Source: the human T2T-CHM13v2.0 reference genome, Homo sapiens
Length of the DNA: 64,000 nucleotides
Assembly: GCF_009914755.1 (NCBI RefSeq)
Contig: NC_060937.1
Strand: one strand, 5' to 3'
A model generated the notes under the pieces. It ran no database searches. It was not told the DNA's origin and saw only the letters and a list, made by a program, of their open reading frames with translations. A program made the position numbers and the translations under genes. Shown here piece after piece: positions 13,841-26,612 of the stretch (position 1 is the stretch's first letter; each line of letters begins with the position of its first letter).

Positions 13841-15569
13841 AGAATAATAAATATAGAAAATAATTTGGAATTAATGTTATCAGTTGGGTGAAAACAGAGA
13901 TGACATTGGTATATGAAGTCGACTTCCCTTCCTTTTCTCTGCCCTCTGTAATTTTTTTTTTCATCCACATAATGTCTGGGATCTGTTGACATGTAAATAT
14001 TTTAAGAGTACTAACTAAACCCTTGCTATCGTCTTAACTGGTTTGATAGTCTTCAAGTTTCTTTTTTTCAGAATTGCAGAAAGTAGATCATGGTTCATGG
14101 ATAGTATTACAAAATTCTGATATCATAACAATAACATTTATTTTGATTATATATAGAATATACATTAACTTCACAATGCTCTGAGACTATTTATATGTGG
14201 AACATGTGTAGCTTCTCCCCAGAGATTTTTGAAATGATTCCGTGGATTTATAATTTAAACAAAAAAAATGTCTGACTGGGAGGACATAAATTCATCAAGA
14301 GTGAGTTTCATTCATAGGGAATGAAAACAGCCCACCCTATAATCAGGTGGAGGCTTCTAGGTTGTCAAATCTTCCTTAGACACACTCCTGTAAGGCATCT
14401 GACTAACATGAACTGGATAATTTTTCAGGGCTTCCTGAATAAGTCTGTCCTGTAGATATAAATATTAAATCGCTCTTCTGTATCTGATCCAGAACTGTGA
14501 TAATACAGATACATTTGATACAGTATAATACCCTTTTTCCATTTACTTATACATTCTTTCCTAAAAATCATTCCATTTTTAAAAGTAAAAGCACTCAGAT
14601 ATCATTCAAAAACACTAATGGTTTGGTTTTTCAGTAGAAATGTATCATTAAACAGATTATAGAGTGGATACCAGGCTTAAAATCACTTCAATTTTATAAT
14701 CTTTCCACATTGGTTGTCAGAAATACTGGGAAATGGAAACGGCATCTATGAAATGAAACATCACTGTATTATAATACAGTTTCATCTTTTAAAAGTCCTT
14801 ATATGCATTGTAAAAGAAACTGGGTAGCTCATTAATGAGAATAGAGAAGAATAAGATCTGGCTATTATTCCAAGTGTTTTGTTTTAGCCTCTCTTTTTTA
14901 ATTAAAATGAAAAAGCATATTAGACTAGAATATCACAATATGTATTACTAATATGATTTTCTACACTCAGAAGTCACAGTTGCTGTTTTTGGCAGCTGCC
15001 AAAGGAAATGGGCAAAAGAAACCATGAATTCACAGTGAATGATAAGTTATACCATACCCTAAGAAATGTCTTGCTGATACAGAATTCTATATGATGTGCT
15101 TTTAACTGGATTTATTCACTTCGGATCCTGGAGTCCTAACTATAACTGTGATGTAGTAGCCTCCCGAACAAAATTCAAAGTAATATCTCAAAGACTTCTA
15201 AAACACGTTCATGTTAAAAAAGACCTACCAAGAATGTGTGAATTCATTCTCCAATTATTAACAATGTGCATTTTCTACAAATTCATTTATAACTAGTTAT
15301 AAAGCATGTTTAATTGCTTCTGTTATAAAAATCACTTTTTTTTTTTCCTCACCAGAGTCCATTAGAACCTGTATCCCGGTAGTTGAGAAATTAAAAAACT
15401 AAATTCTAATATAAACTTACTTCTGAGAAACTAGCAGTATTCATGTCTATTCAGCTTATATTCATAGTATGATTATCATTTGGTTTTGCACTAATTTGTT
15501 GTTACAAAATAATATTTGAGTACTAAGACCTTTACATGAGTTCTACGGAAATTTATTTTTATGGTGAAA

Positions 15570-18500
15570 ATGTTTATTTAAATTGACAGATAAGAGTATA
15601 CGTGTTTATTGTGTACAACATAACTGTTTTGAAGTATATGTATATTATATATATATTTATATATATACTTGAAGTATATGTATGTATATGTATACACATA
15701 TATGCTAGTTATTTTGTACTAGTTATTTAAATGTTTGATGGCATTTACTATATACAGTATATAGTATGTATATATTATATAAAGATATATATCCACATAT
15801 ATATGCCAGTAATTTTGTACTATTTAAATGTTGATGGCATTTGCTATATATATATTTAGTCTAAATAAATAGCAAAATATATTTGTATCTTCACTTGCAC
15901 ATTAATGCAAGTGAAGATATAAACATAAATAGTATTTAATTCATGAATAACATGTATAGTATTTACTTACACAATTATTCAATTGTGTATATATACCAGC
16001 CTTTTGCTAAATCTAGCAAACTAACATATACTTTACTTCACATAGTTGTCATTTTTGTTGTGAGAACACTTTATATCCACTCTCAGCGTTTTTCAAGAAT
16101 ATAGTAAATGTTAACTATAGTCATAATTTTTTGCAATAGATCTCTTAAACTTATTTGTCTTTACTGAATATTTGTATTTTTTCACCAATATTTCTTTAAA
16201 CCACAAACCCCAAACCCCAACAATGTCAGCCCCTGGTAACCACCATCATACTCTCCATGTCTATGATAGCAACTTTTTAAGTGTGATATTTGTCTTTCTG
16301 TGCCTGGCTTATTTCACCTAACATAACATAACACAACATAACACAACACAACACAACACAACAACATAACACAACATAACACAACATAACACAACATAAC
16401 ACAACATAACATAACATAACATAACATAACATAACATAACATAACATAACATAACATAACATAACATAACATAACATAACAACGTACTCTCCGGGCTCAT
16501 TGATATTGCAGCAAATAATGTCCATTAGGTTAATCCATGTTGTAGCCTTATTTTTTATGGCTGAATAGTATTTAATTATTCAATCATGTGTATATACCAT
16601 ATTTTCCTTTTTCATCCATTAACAAATGGGCATGAAAGTTGATTTTATATCTTTGCTATTGTGAATAATCCAACAATTAACATGCAAATGAAGATATATT
16701 TTCCACATATGCACAGTAGTGGAATTGCTGGATCATATTTTTATTCTATTTTTACTTTTATGAGAAACCTATTTTTGAGGAATATTGTTTTTTAAAAGGA
16801 CTGTATAGTTTACCTTTCCACCAACAGTGTGTAAGTTCCCTTTTCTCCACATCCTTGCCAACACTTATTTTTTGTATTTTTGATAACAGCCATTCTAACA
16901 GGTGTGAAGTTATATCTCATCATGGTTTTAATTTACTTTTCCCTGACAATCAGTAATGTTAAGCATTTTTAAATATATCTGTTGATCTTCTGTATGTCTG
17001 CTTTTTATAAATGTCTATTCAGATTCTCTGCCCATTTTATAACTCATTAGGTTTTTTTCTGGCTATTAAATTGTTTGAGTTACTTATATATTTTGGATAT
17101 TAACGCCTTATCAGATGTGCATTGTTTGCAAATGTTTTCTTCCATTCTATACATTGAATCCTCAGTCTGTTGATTGTTTTCTTTGTTGCAAAGAAGATTT
17201 TTAGCTTGATGTAATTGTACATGTGTATATTTGCTTTATTTTTTTGCCTGTGGTTTCAAGGTGATACAGAAAAATTGTTACCTATATTGATATCATGGTG
17301 CTTCTCCCTTATGATTTCTTCTAGCAGTTTCATAATTTCAGGTCATACAAGTAAGTCTTTCATCCACTTTGAGTTGATTTTTGTATATGGTGTGAGACAA
17401 GGGCCAAATTTCAATTCTTCTGCATGTAGATATCCAGTTTTATCAACACCAATTATTGATTGACACCTCTGTCAAAAATGAGGGTTGGCTGTAAATGCAT
17501 AAATTTACTTCTAGGTTCTGTATTCTGTTACATTTGTCTATGTATCTGGTTTTTATGCGAGTACTTTGTATTTAGTTATTAGAGCTTTGTAGTACATTTT
17601 GAAGTGAGATAGTGTGATGCCTCCAGTTTTGCTCCTTTTGCTTAAGATTGGTTTGGTTATTTGGAGAATTTTGTAGTTCTGTAGAAATTTTAGGATTATT
17701 TGTCTATTTCTGTAAAGAATATAATTGATATCGTGATAGAGATAACATTGAATCTATAGATCATTTTTGGTATAATGGACATTTTAACAGTATTAATTAT
17801 TCCAATTCATGAACACCAGGTACCTTTCCATATATTTGTGTCTTCTTCAATTTCTTTCACCAATGTGTTACAGTTTTCAGTGTAGAGATCTGATCTTTCA
17901 ACTTCTCAATTAAATTTATTTCTAAGTATTATATTTTTATTTTAGCAATTGTAAATAGGATGACTTCTTGATCTCTTTTTCAGATTGTTTTTAATCATGG
18001 AAATGCGACTGATTTTTGTATGTTGATTTGGTATCTTGCAACTTTACTGATTTTTTCTATTAGTTCTAATGGAGTTCTGGTGAAGTCTTTGGGATTTTTA
18101 AAATATATGATCCTGTCTGCAAACAGAAACAGTTCAACTTCTTCCCTTCCAATTTGGATGTCTTTAATTGCATTCTTTCCCCTAAGCCCTCGGGCTAGAA
18201 CCTCCAACACTCTATTGAATAGAAATGGCAATAATGGGCATCCATGTCTTGTTCAAGGTTTTAGAAGAAAAGTTTTCAACTTTTCCCCATTAAATATGAT
18301 GTTACCTGTGGGCTTGTCAGATGTAGCCTTTATTATGTTGAGGTTTATTCTTTCTATACCTAATATGTTGAAATGTTGTATCATGAAGGGATGTAGAATT
18401 TTGTCAAATGCTTTTTCTATATCTAATGAAATGCTTAAGTGGTTTTACTCTTTTTTAAATTCTTTTATGGTTTTTGCTCTTCATTCTGTTAAAGTGATAT

Positions 18501-21215
18501 ACCACATTTACTGAGTTTTATATATTGAACCGTTCTTGCATTCCTGGGATGAGTCCCACTGGACCATGGTGAATGATCTTTGTAATGTGCTTTTGAATTT
18601 GGTTTGCTAGTTTTTGCTGTTGTTGTTGAGGATTTTTGCATCTATGTTTATCAGGGATATTGGCTCACCTTGTAAAACAAGTTTGAAAGTATTCCTTCCT
18701 CTCTGATTTTTTGGAAGAATTTGAGGAAAATCAGTACTAGTTATTAAATGTTTAATGGAATTTAGCAGTGAATCTATCAGTTCCTTGGCTATTCTTCGAT
18801 AGGAGACATTTTACTGTTGATTCAATCTTCTTACTCATTATTGGTTTGTTAATAGTTTCCATTTCTCCATAATTCAGTCTTGGTAGGTTGTATGTGTCAA
18901 GAAATTTATTTCTATTGTCATCCAATGTGTTGGTATATACTATTTTATAATAGTGTCTTATGATATTTTACATTTTGGTTGCATCAGTTTCAATGCCACT
19001 TTTTAATTTCTGATTTATTTATTTGAGTATTCTTTTTCTTTATTCCTAGTTAGTAGAAGTTTGTTTTTTTATCTTTTAAAAAACTCTTTTCTTGATCTTT
19101 CCTATTGTTTTTCTCATCTCTATTTCATTTTATTTGCTCTTAGCTGTAATATTTTCTTCCTTCTACTAACATTGGACTCAATATGTTCTTAATTTTCTAG
19201 CTTTTTGAGGTGCATCATTAGGTTGTTTGAGATCTTTGTTGTTTTTTTTTTTGATGCAAATGTTTATTGCTAAATCTTCACTCTTAGAACTGCTTCTCCT
19301 ATATCCCATGTGTTTTTCTATGTGGTCTTTCCATTTTTATTTTTCTGAAAAAAATTATACTAACTCTTTTAATATATTCATTCACCCATTGTTTGTTCGG
19401 GGCTTACTGTTTAATTTCCATGTATTTGTGAACTTTCCACATTTCCTCCTGTTATTGATTTCTATATTTATACCATTGTGGTAAGAGAAGTTACCTGATG
19501 TGATTTTAATACATCTTAAACTAGTTAAGATACATTTTGTGACCTAACTTACGATCTATGCTGGAGAATGTTCTATGTGCAGTTAAGAAGAATGTGTATT
19601 TTGTAATTTTTTCTTACTGATTTTCTGTCTGAATAATCTGTCCTTTGCTGAAAGTAACATGTTGAAGTGCCCTAATATCATTGTATTGTAGTCTATCACT
19701 CCCAGATCTATTAACATTTGTTTTCTATATTTAAGTGTTCCTATGTTGGGTATATATATATTTATAATTGTTATATCCTCTTGATGAATTATGCACTTTA
19801 TATAATGACCTTCTTTGTCTCTTTTTATAGTTTTTGACTTATCTTATGTAAGTATAACTACTCCTGCTCTCTTATGGTTTCTGTTTCCGTGGAATATCTT
19901 TTCTCACCTCTTCACTTTCAGTCTGTTTTTTCTTACAAGTAAAGTGAGTCTCTTATAGGCAGCATATAGTTCAGTCTTGTTTATTATCGATTCACCCATT
20001 CAACCACTGGTATGTATTGTTCCCTTCCTTTTATTTTTTGTGCTTCTACTAGATGATTTTGCTTTGTGGCTGTCGTAAGGCTGACAAAAGTTTTTATAGT
20101 TACAACTGATTATTTTAAACTAAAAACAACTTAACTCTAATGGCAAATAAAATAAAACACTTTCCATTTTTACTCCATTCCCTACATACATATTTTAAAT
20201 TTCTGATGTCACAATAAACAAAAATAAAAATAAATTAATATTCCATATTTTTAAATAATAATTTTGTCTTGAATCCTTTACACAAAAGATACAAGTGATT
20301 TATACACCACCATTACAGTAATAGAGTATTCTCAATTTGATTGTGTACTATCTTTTATTAGTGAGTTTTATACATTCAGATGTTTTTGCATTACTCAGTG
20401 TCTTATTTTCTTTCAGCTTGAAGAATTTCCTTTAGCATTTCTTATAAGACATGTCTGGTGGTGACAAATTCCCTCTGCTTTTGTATGTCTGTGAAAGTGT
20501 TTATCTCACCTTTATCTAAAGGACAGCTTTGATGGGTATATTATTCTTAGTTGAATTTTTTTTTCTTTCAGCTCTTTGAATACATTATGCCACTCTCTTT
20601 AGGACTGTAAGGTTCCTGCTGAGAATTTTCCTCTTAGGCATACTAGAACTCCCTTATCTGTTATTTGCTTGTTTTCTCTTACTGCATTCAAGATCCTCTT
20701 TGTCTTTTATTTTTGACAATTTGATTATGATATGTCTTGAGGTAATCTTATATGGATTGAATATGATTAGAGATGTTTGACTTTCCTGTACCTGATGTTT
20801 ATCTCTTTCTCTAGGCTTGAAATGTTTTGTGCCATTGTCTCTGTAAGTAAGAATTTTATCCCTGTATCTTTCTCTTCTTGAACCTCTACAACTCTAACAA
20901 TTGCTGCTTTGACACTGTCCCATAAATCCCATAAGCTTTCTTCACTTTCCCTTTTTTAAGTTTTTTTCTCTTCTGACTGTATATTTTCAAATAATCTGTG
21001 TTTGAGTTCACAGAGTCTTACTTCTGCTGATTAATTCTACTGTTGGTGTTCTCTATTGCATTTTTCATTTTGGTCATTATATTTTTAGCATCAAGATTTC
21101 AGTTTGATGTTTTAACTTATTATGTCTATTTCTCTATTAAATTTTTCATTTTGGTTGCTTACTGTTTTCCTCATTTTGTTGAATTGTTTGTTTGTTTTTG
21201 GAGCTTTCTGAGAAA
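15570..21215 (-). mobile_element. Long degraded L1MA (MA5-8-like): 3' UTR, ORF2 and part of ORF1, with internal deletions
   Basis: Reverse 3' end TTTAAATTGACAGATAA...TTGTGTACAACAT; ORF 17995..18231(-) gives RT remnants (LFNRVLEVLAR, LFLFADRII). Confidence 0.9.
16319..16482. repeat. (AACAT)n/(AACAC)n pentanucleotide repeat inside the L1
   Basis: Roughly 33 units; explains the (CYVML)n ORFs. Confidence 0.95.
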
Positions 21216-22204
21216 ACTACTGAATGAAAAACTTTGGAAGTTTTGCTTAGGAATATGCATTTAAAAGTACCCCACGTTGACTTATGTGCACTTTAATACT
21301 TGTTATATATTGGTTTAATAAATTTTTATACTATTTGTATAATAAAAATATTTTATTATCTGTAATTATTTCACCATGTGTATCATAATACAGAATCAAC
21401 AGAGAAACAGATAATGAGATAGAAAAATATGTAGTATGTATTGTGCATATATATGGGGCATACCTCATATAATAAAAATCTTTAAAAAATAACATTGTAT
21501 TAATGTGGATCTAATTTTCTGAGGTAATAAGAAAAGAAAGAGGTTACTGATTTCTCTACATTCGTCTAGTCCTTACAACTCTGAGCCTTCTAACTGCTTT
21601 CCAAGTAAGTAACTAATATTTTAGTTGATGTATCAAAGGCAAAATTTTAATATATCTTGTCCAAATTGTAGTCAATGTTTTATTACGTGTGTATGTTATT
21701 GTCTAAGCTGAAATTAAAAAGTAAAACAGTTTTTCACTATAACATGTATTTGTGTTAACCGGTAAAAACATGCAACATCACAATATTTACTAGGATTCAA
21801 AAGTGAAATCATCATAATAATTTTATTTCATAGTTAAATATTTACTTAAAATTTTTAATGTGCCAAATATATTGTTTTAGCTAACTTTACTTTTAAAATG
21901 GAAACTTTTGAAGGATAATAATTTCCTAGATTATAAATTCCATAAGATTAGGACTCATAATGTTCTTGTTCTTAATATTATTGCCAATTCTCAACATTAG
22001 CCCTGACACATAGAAGATTCTAAAAAGATACTGGCTATACAGTTGTACCCAAATTTGTGTCTGTATGAAACTATTTAAAGAGTATCTTCTTCATTTGAAG
22101 AGTGTTTTGCAAAATAGTAGTTGTTGAATAAATGTTTTTTGGTTAGAATTGGGTTTGATTTATATTTTCATAATCAAAGGAAAATTAATAGTAAAATCTA
22201 TTAA

Positions 22205-22392
22205 TAGATGGTGTTCAACCCTTTGAATGTGAGGATTTTTTGCTTATCTATGATGGCAGATATCACAAAAACTGTGCATGGACTTTTTTTTTAGCTTATC
22301 AGTTATAGTTATTCTTATTGTATTTTATGTGTGGCCCAAGACAATACTTCTTTCAATGTAGCCCAGGGAAGCAGAAAGGTTGAACACCCATG
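22205..22392 (-). mobile_element. MER30(B) hAT-Charlie MITE
   Basis: TTTTATGTGTGGCCCAAGACAAT...GCCCAGGGAAGC core; TIRs GGTGTTCAACC/GGTTGAACACC; both flanks contain TCTATTA (TSD remnant). Confidence 0.85.
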
Positions 22393-25300
22393 TTCTATTA
22401 TTTACACAGCACTCATAAGTTCATACATTAAGGAAATACTGTGCATTCTTCAAGAGGTAAACGATATTGCGTCTACTAATTTTCAATTGTGCTTATTATA
22501 TAAACATGTTATTATTGTTATTACACAATGTCTTCATGTCAATTTGTGTGCAACAATATAGCTACATAGAGTGCATGCGCACACACATTTATTTCAAACC
22601 CAAAAGGGTTACATGAAACAAATCAGACTCAGGCAAGAATAAAATGCTTTTATATGATATATTTTTGAGAGCTGCATTCATGTATGATACTTCAAATTAC
22701 ATTGTCTGAAAAACTCAATTGAGTTAATAGATTTAGGCTTATTAAATTACTGAGATTTTAGAAAGATATGGTTTGGAATACTACTTAAAATTAAGTAAAA
22801 TCCAATATGGTAACTTAAAAGACAGTTCTAAACTAGAATCACATTTAAATTAGTTTTCTGTATCTTCTGCTTATAGAACAAATAAAGAAACTGGAGCAGA
22901 AAATCAGTCACATTAAATTTACCACCATTCAAAAAGCCAAGGTAAGCTAAAAAAGTACATTAAGCTTTTATATATGGCTAAGGTTCACAGGTTAACAGAG
23001 ACAAGTAAAAATTATTGCTAGTTCTAGTAAAAGCTTCCACTCAAAATGGAGCTGAAAGATATTTTAAATATCTTCTTTAAGTTACATATATGTTACATTA
23101 GAATAAGCAATTTTGCTGAGCTAATTTTTCTCTTACTCCAATTGTTATTGTTATTACACAATTTATAGAAATGTTAATGCTTTGCAATTTAATTGTTAAA
23201 GAACATTTCATAATTCGATTTTATTTACATTTTCTGTCCTTATACATTGTTAATTGCAAATTTATAATGCAGAAGCCATAATTTTTTATTGTATTCATAA
23301 TGCCCATCTCGCTATGTATAGAGAGTTAATGTTAAACTGCCAGTAGTGGTTTTTAAAAAGCATATGATAATAAACATTGACTATAGAACACTGTGACAGT
23401 CAAGAAGCAAATGACTGTAATAGCACAACTGGAAACAGTTAAAAACATTGGCATGGAGAACACCAAAGCAATCTGAGCTGGATGAAAAACAAAAGCCTTT
23501 GCTAAATAGCTCTTTCCTACAACTCTCTAAAAATAAAGCACAAAAAGGCAAAACAACCTTCTCCAAGCATCAGTCCATCATTAATTTAATCTCTTTATTT
23601 GCAGATATCCAAAAACTCTGTTCATTGTATCTTCATTCAAAATTCTGTCATAGTATAATTGTAGAACTTAGGTTGAAAGTGCTCCACAAGGCTCTGTGTA
23701 AAGCAGGCTTTGCTGATTTTTTTTTTCAGCCAGTTCTTAAGAATTTAAATATACACTATTTTGGGTGGACATTTGATTTTTTTGGAAGAATCTCATGTAG
23801 TTGAGTATGGCCCAAAAATTTTGTCCAAGAGTAACTGATACCGCTTTGAAAGCCATTATTTATTTATTTTTTCAACTTTTATTTTAGGTTCTCGGGTACA
23901 TGGGCACGTTAGCTGCATGGTTGTATTGTGTGTCAGTGAGGTTTGGGGTGTGCATTATCCTGTCACCCAGGTAGTGAGTGGATAATAGCTGATAGATAGT
24001 TTGTCAGCCATAACCCCTCTCTTTTCCTCCCCCATCTAGTAGTCCCATGTATCTATTTTTTTCACCTTTATGTTTATGTGTACTCAGTGTCTAGCTCCCA
24101 TTTATAGGTGAGAACTTTTGGTATTTGGTTGTTGATTTATGTGATCATTTGTTTATGATACTGGCCTTCAGCTACATACATGTTGCTGCAAAGTACATGG
24201 TTTTGTTCGTTTTTTAAGGCTGCTTCATATTCCATGGTGTATATGTACCACATTTTCTTTATCCAGTCCCCCATTGATGGTCACCGAGGTGGATTCCATG
24301 TCTTTGCTATTGTGAATAGTGCTACAGTGAACATACAAGTGCAAATGTCTTTTTAGTGAAACAATTCATTTTCCTTTGGGCGAATACCTAGTAATGGGAT
24401 TGCTGGGTTGAATGGTAGTTCTAAGTTCCTTGAGAAATCGCTAAACTGCTTTCCATAGCAGTTGAACTAATTTACATTCTCCCCAATATTATATAAGCAT
24501 TTTATCTTTTCCACACCTTCATCAACATCTGTTATTTCTTGGCATTTTAATAAAAGCCATTCTGACAGGTGTGGGATACTATCTTATTGTGGTTTTTATT
24601 TGCATTTCTCTAATGATTAGTGATCATAAGCATTTTTTTCATGTTTGTTGACTGATTGTATGCCTACTTTTAAGGATAATCTGTTTACGGTTTTTCCCCA
24701 TTTTTTAATGAGGTTAGGGTTATCTAGGTATAGAATCATATTATCAGTGAAGATGGATTGTTTAATTTATTTTCCAAATTGGATGCCTTTTTTGTCTTTC
24801 TCTTGCCTGATTGCTTTGGCTAGAACTTCTGGTACCATGTTGACTAGGAGTACGGAGAATGCGCATATGTGTCTTGTTTCAGTTCTTAAGTGGAATGCTT
24901 TCAGCTTTTATTCATTCAGTATGATGATGGCTACAGGTTTGTCATAGATTGCTGTTATTATTTTGATGTCTACTCCTTCATTGCCTAATTTTTTGAGAGT
25001 TTTTATCATAAAGTGATATGGGATTTTATCAATAGTTTTTATTGTTTCTATTGAGATGATCATCTGGTCTTGGTTTTAATTTTATTTATGTGATAAATCG
25101 CATTTATTGATTTGCATATGTTGAGCCAGTTCTGGACCTCTGGAATAATTCCTAAAGATCATGGTCAATTAACTCTTCAATGTGCTGCTGGATTCAGTTT
25201 CCTAGTATTTTTTTGAGGATTTTTGTGTCTATGTTCATTAGTAATATTGGACTGCAGTTTAAATCTTTCGTTATGTCTTTGTCAGATTTTGCTATCAGAG

Positions 25301-25495
25301 TGTCACTGGCTTCGTAGAATGAGTTATGGAGGAGTCCCTCTTCTTCTATTTTTTGGAATAGTGTCAGTAGAATTGGTACCACCTCTTCATCATATGTCTG
25401 GCAGCATTCAGCTCTGAATTGGTCCTGTCTAGCATATTTTTGAGGGGTTGGTAGGCTTCTTCTAACTGATTCAATTTTGGAACTTGATATTGGTC

Positions 25496-25858
25496 TGATA
25501 CAATTTGGCTGTGTCCCCACCCAAATCTCATCTTGAATTGTAGTTCCCATAATCTCTACATGTCATTGGAGGTACCCAGTGGAACATAATTGAATCATGC
25601 ATGGGGGCAGTTTCTCCCATACTAGTCTCATTATAGTAAGTTCTCACAATATCTGATGGTTTTATAAGGGGCTTCTTCCTTTGCTTGGCTCTTATTCTCC
25701 CTACTGCCACCTGATGAAGAGATACCTTCTGCCATGATTGTAAGTTTCTTGAGGCCTCCCCAGGCATGTGGAACTGTGAGTTAATTAAACCTCTTTCCTT
25801 TATAAATTACCCAGTCTCAGGTATGTCTTTATTAGCAGTGTGAGAAGGGACTAATACA
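25496..25858 (+). mobile_element. THE1B/C MaLR 5' LTR
   Basis: TGATACAATTTGGCTGTGTCCCCACCCAAATCTCATCTTGAATTGTAG ... GGACTAATACA. Confidence 0.92.
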
Positions 25859-26140
25859 GTAAATTGGTACTGCAGAGAGTGGGACGCTGCTGTAAAGATA
25901 CCTGAAAATGTGGAAGTGACTTCGGAACTGGGTAACAGGCAGATGCTGAAACAGTTTGGAGGGCGTAGAAGAAGACAAGAAAATGTGGGGAAAGTTTGGA
26001 ACTTTCTAGAGACTTGGAGGGCTCAGAAGACAGGACGAGGTGGGAAAGTTTGGAATTTCCTGGAGACTTTTTGAATGGCTTTGACCAAAATGCTGATAGT
26101 GACATGGACAATGAAGACGAGGGTGAGATGATCTCAGATA
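25859..26140 (+). mobile_element. THE1 internal sequence, truncated
   Basis: GTAAATTGGTACTGCAGAGAGTGGG...GATACCTGAAAATGTGGAAG directly after the LTR; stops at about 26140 where L1 resumes. Confidence 0.9.
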
Positions 26141-26366
26141 TGTAGCTTAGTTTGGCAGGATATGATATTTTTGGCTGGAGGTGTTTTTGTTTTTGTTTTT
26201 TTTCTTTCAGAATGCTGAAAATAAGCCCCTTCTGGCTTGTAATATTTCTGCTGAGAAGCCCACTCTTAGCCTAATGGGCTTCCTTTTGTATGTGATCTGA
26301 ACTTTTTGTCTATCAGTCTTTAAGATGTTTTTCTTTAATGTTGACATAGTGGGTCTGGTAACTATA

Positions 26367-26612
26367 TTCAGGTCATCAGGCATTACATTCTCATAAGGAA
26401 TATACAACCTAGACCTCTTGCATGCTCAGCTCACAAGAAGGTTCACAATCCTATGAGAATCTACTTCCACCACTAATCTGACAGGAAGTAGAGCTCAGGC
26501 AGTAATGCTTGCTCATCTGCCGCTCACCTCCTGCCGTGCAGCCACAGAAGAGCACTGGTCTAACAGGCCACAGATGAGTACTGGTCTGTGGTCTGGGAGT
26601 TGGGGACCCCTG
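26367..26612 (+). mobile_element. MER1B hAT-Charlie MITE lacking its 5' end
   Basis: GGCATTACATTCTCATAAGGA...CTGACAGGAAGTAGAGCTCAGGCAGTAATGC...GTTGGGGACCCCTG (TIR). Confidence 0.85.

Noticed and set aside
16277-16525. (CYVML)n repeat protein
   Set aside because: Translation of the (ATGTT)n microsatellite.
25958-26072. Tandem duplication GGAGGG...GGGAAAGTTTGGAA...GAGACTT
   Set aside because: I recall this as a feature of some THE1 internal consensus sequences, so it is probably not locus-specific (unverified).
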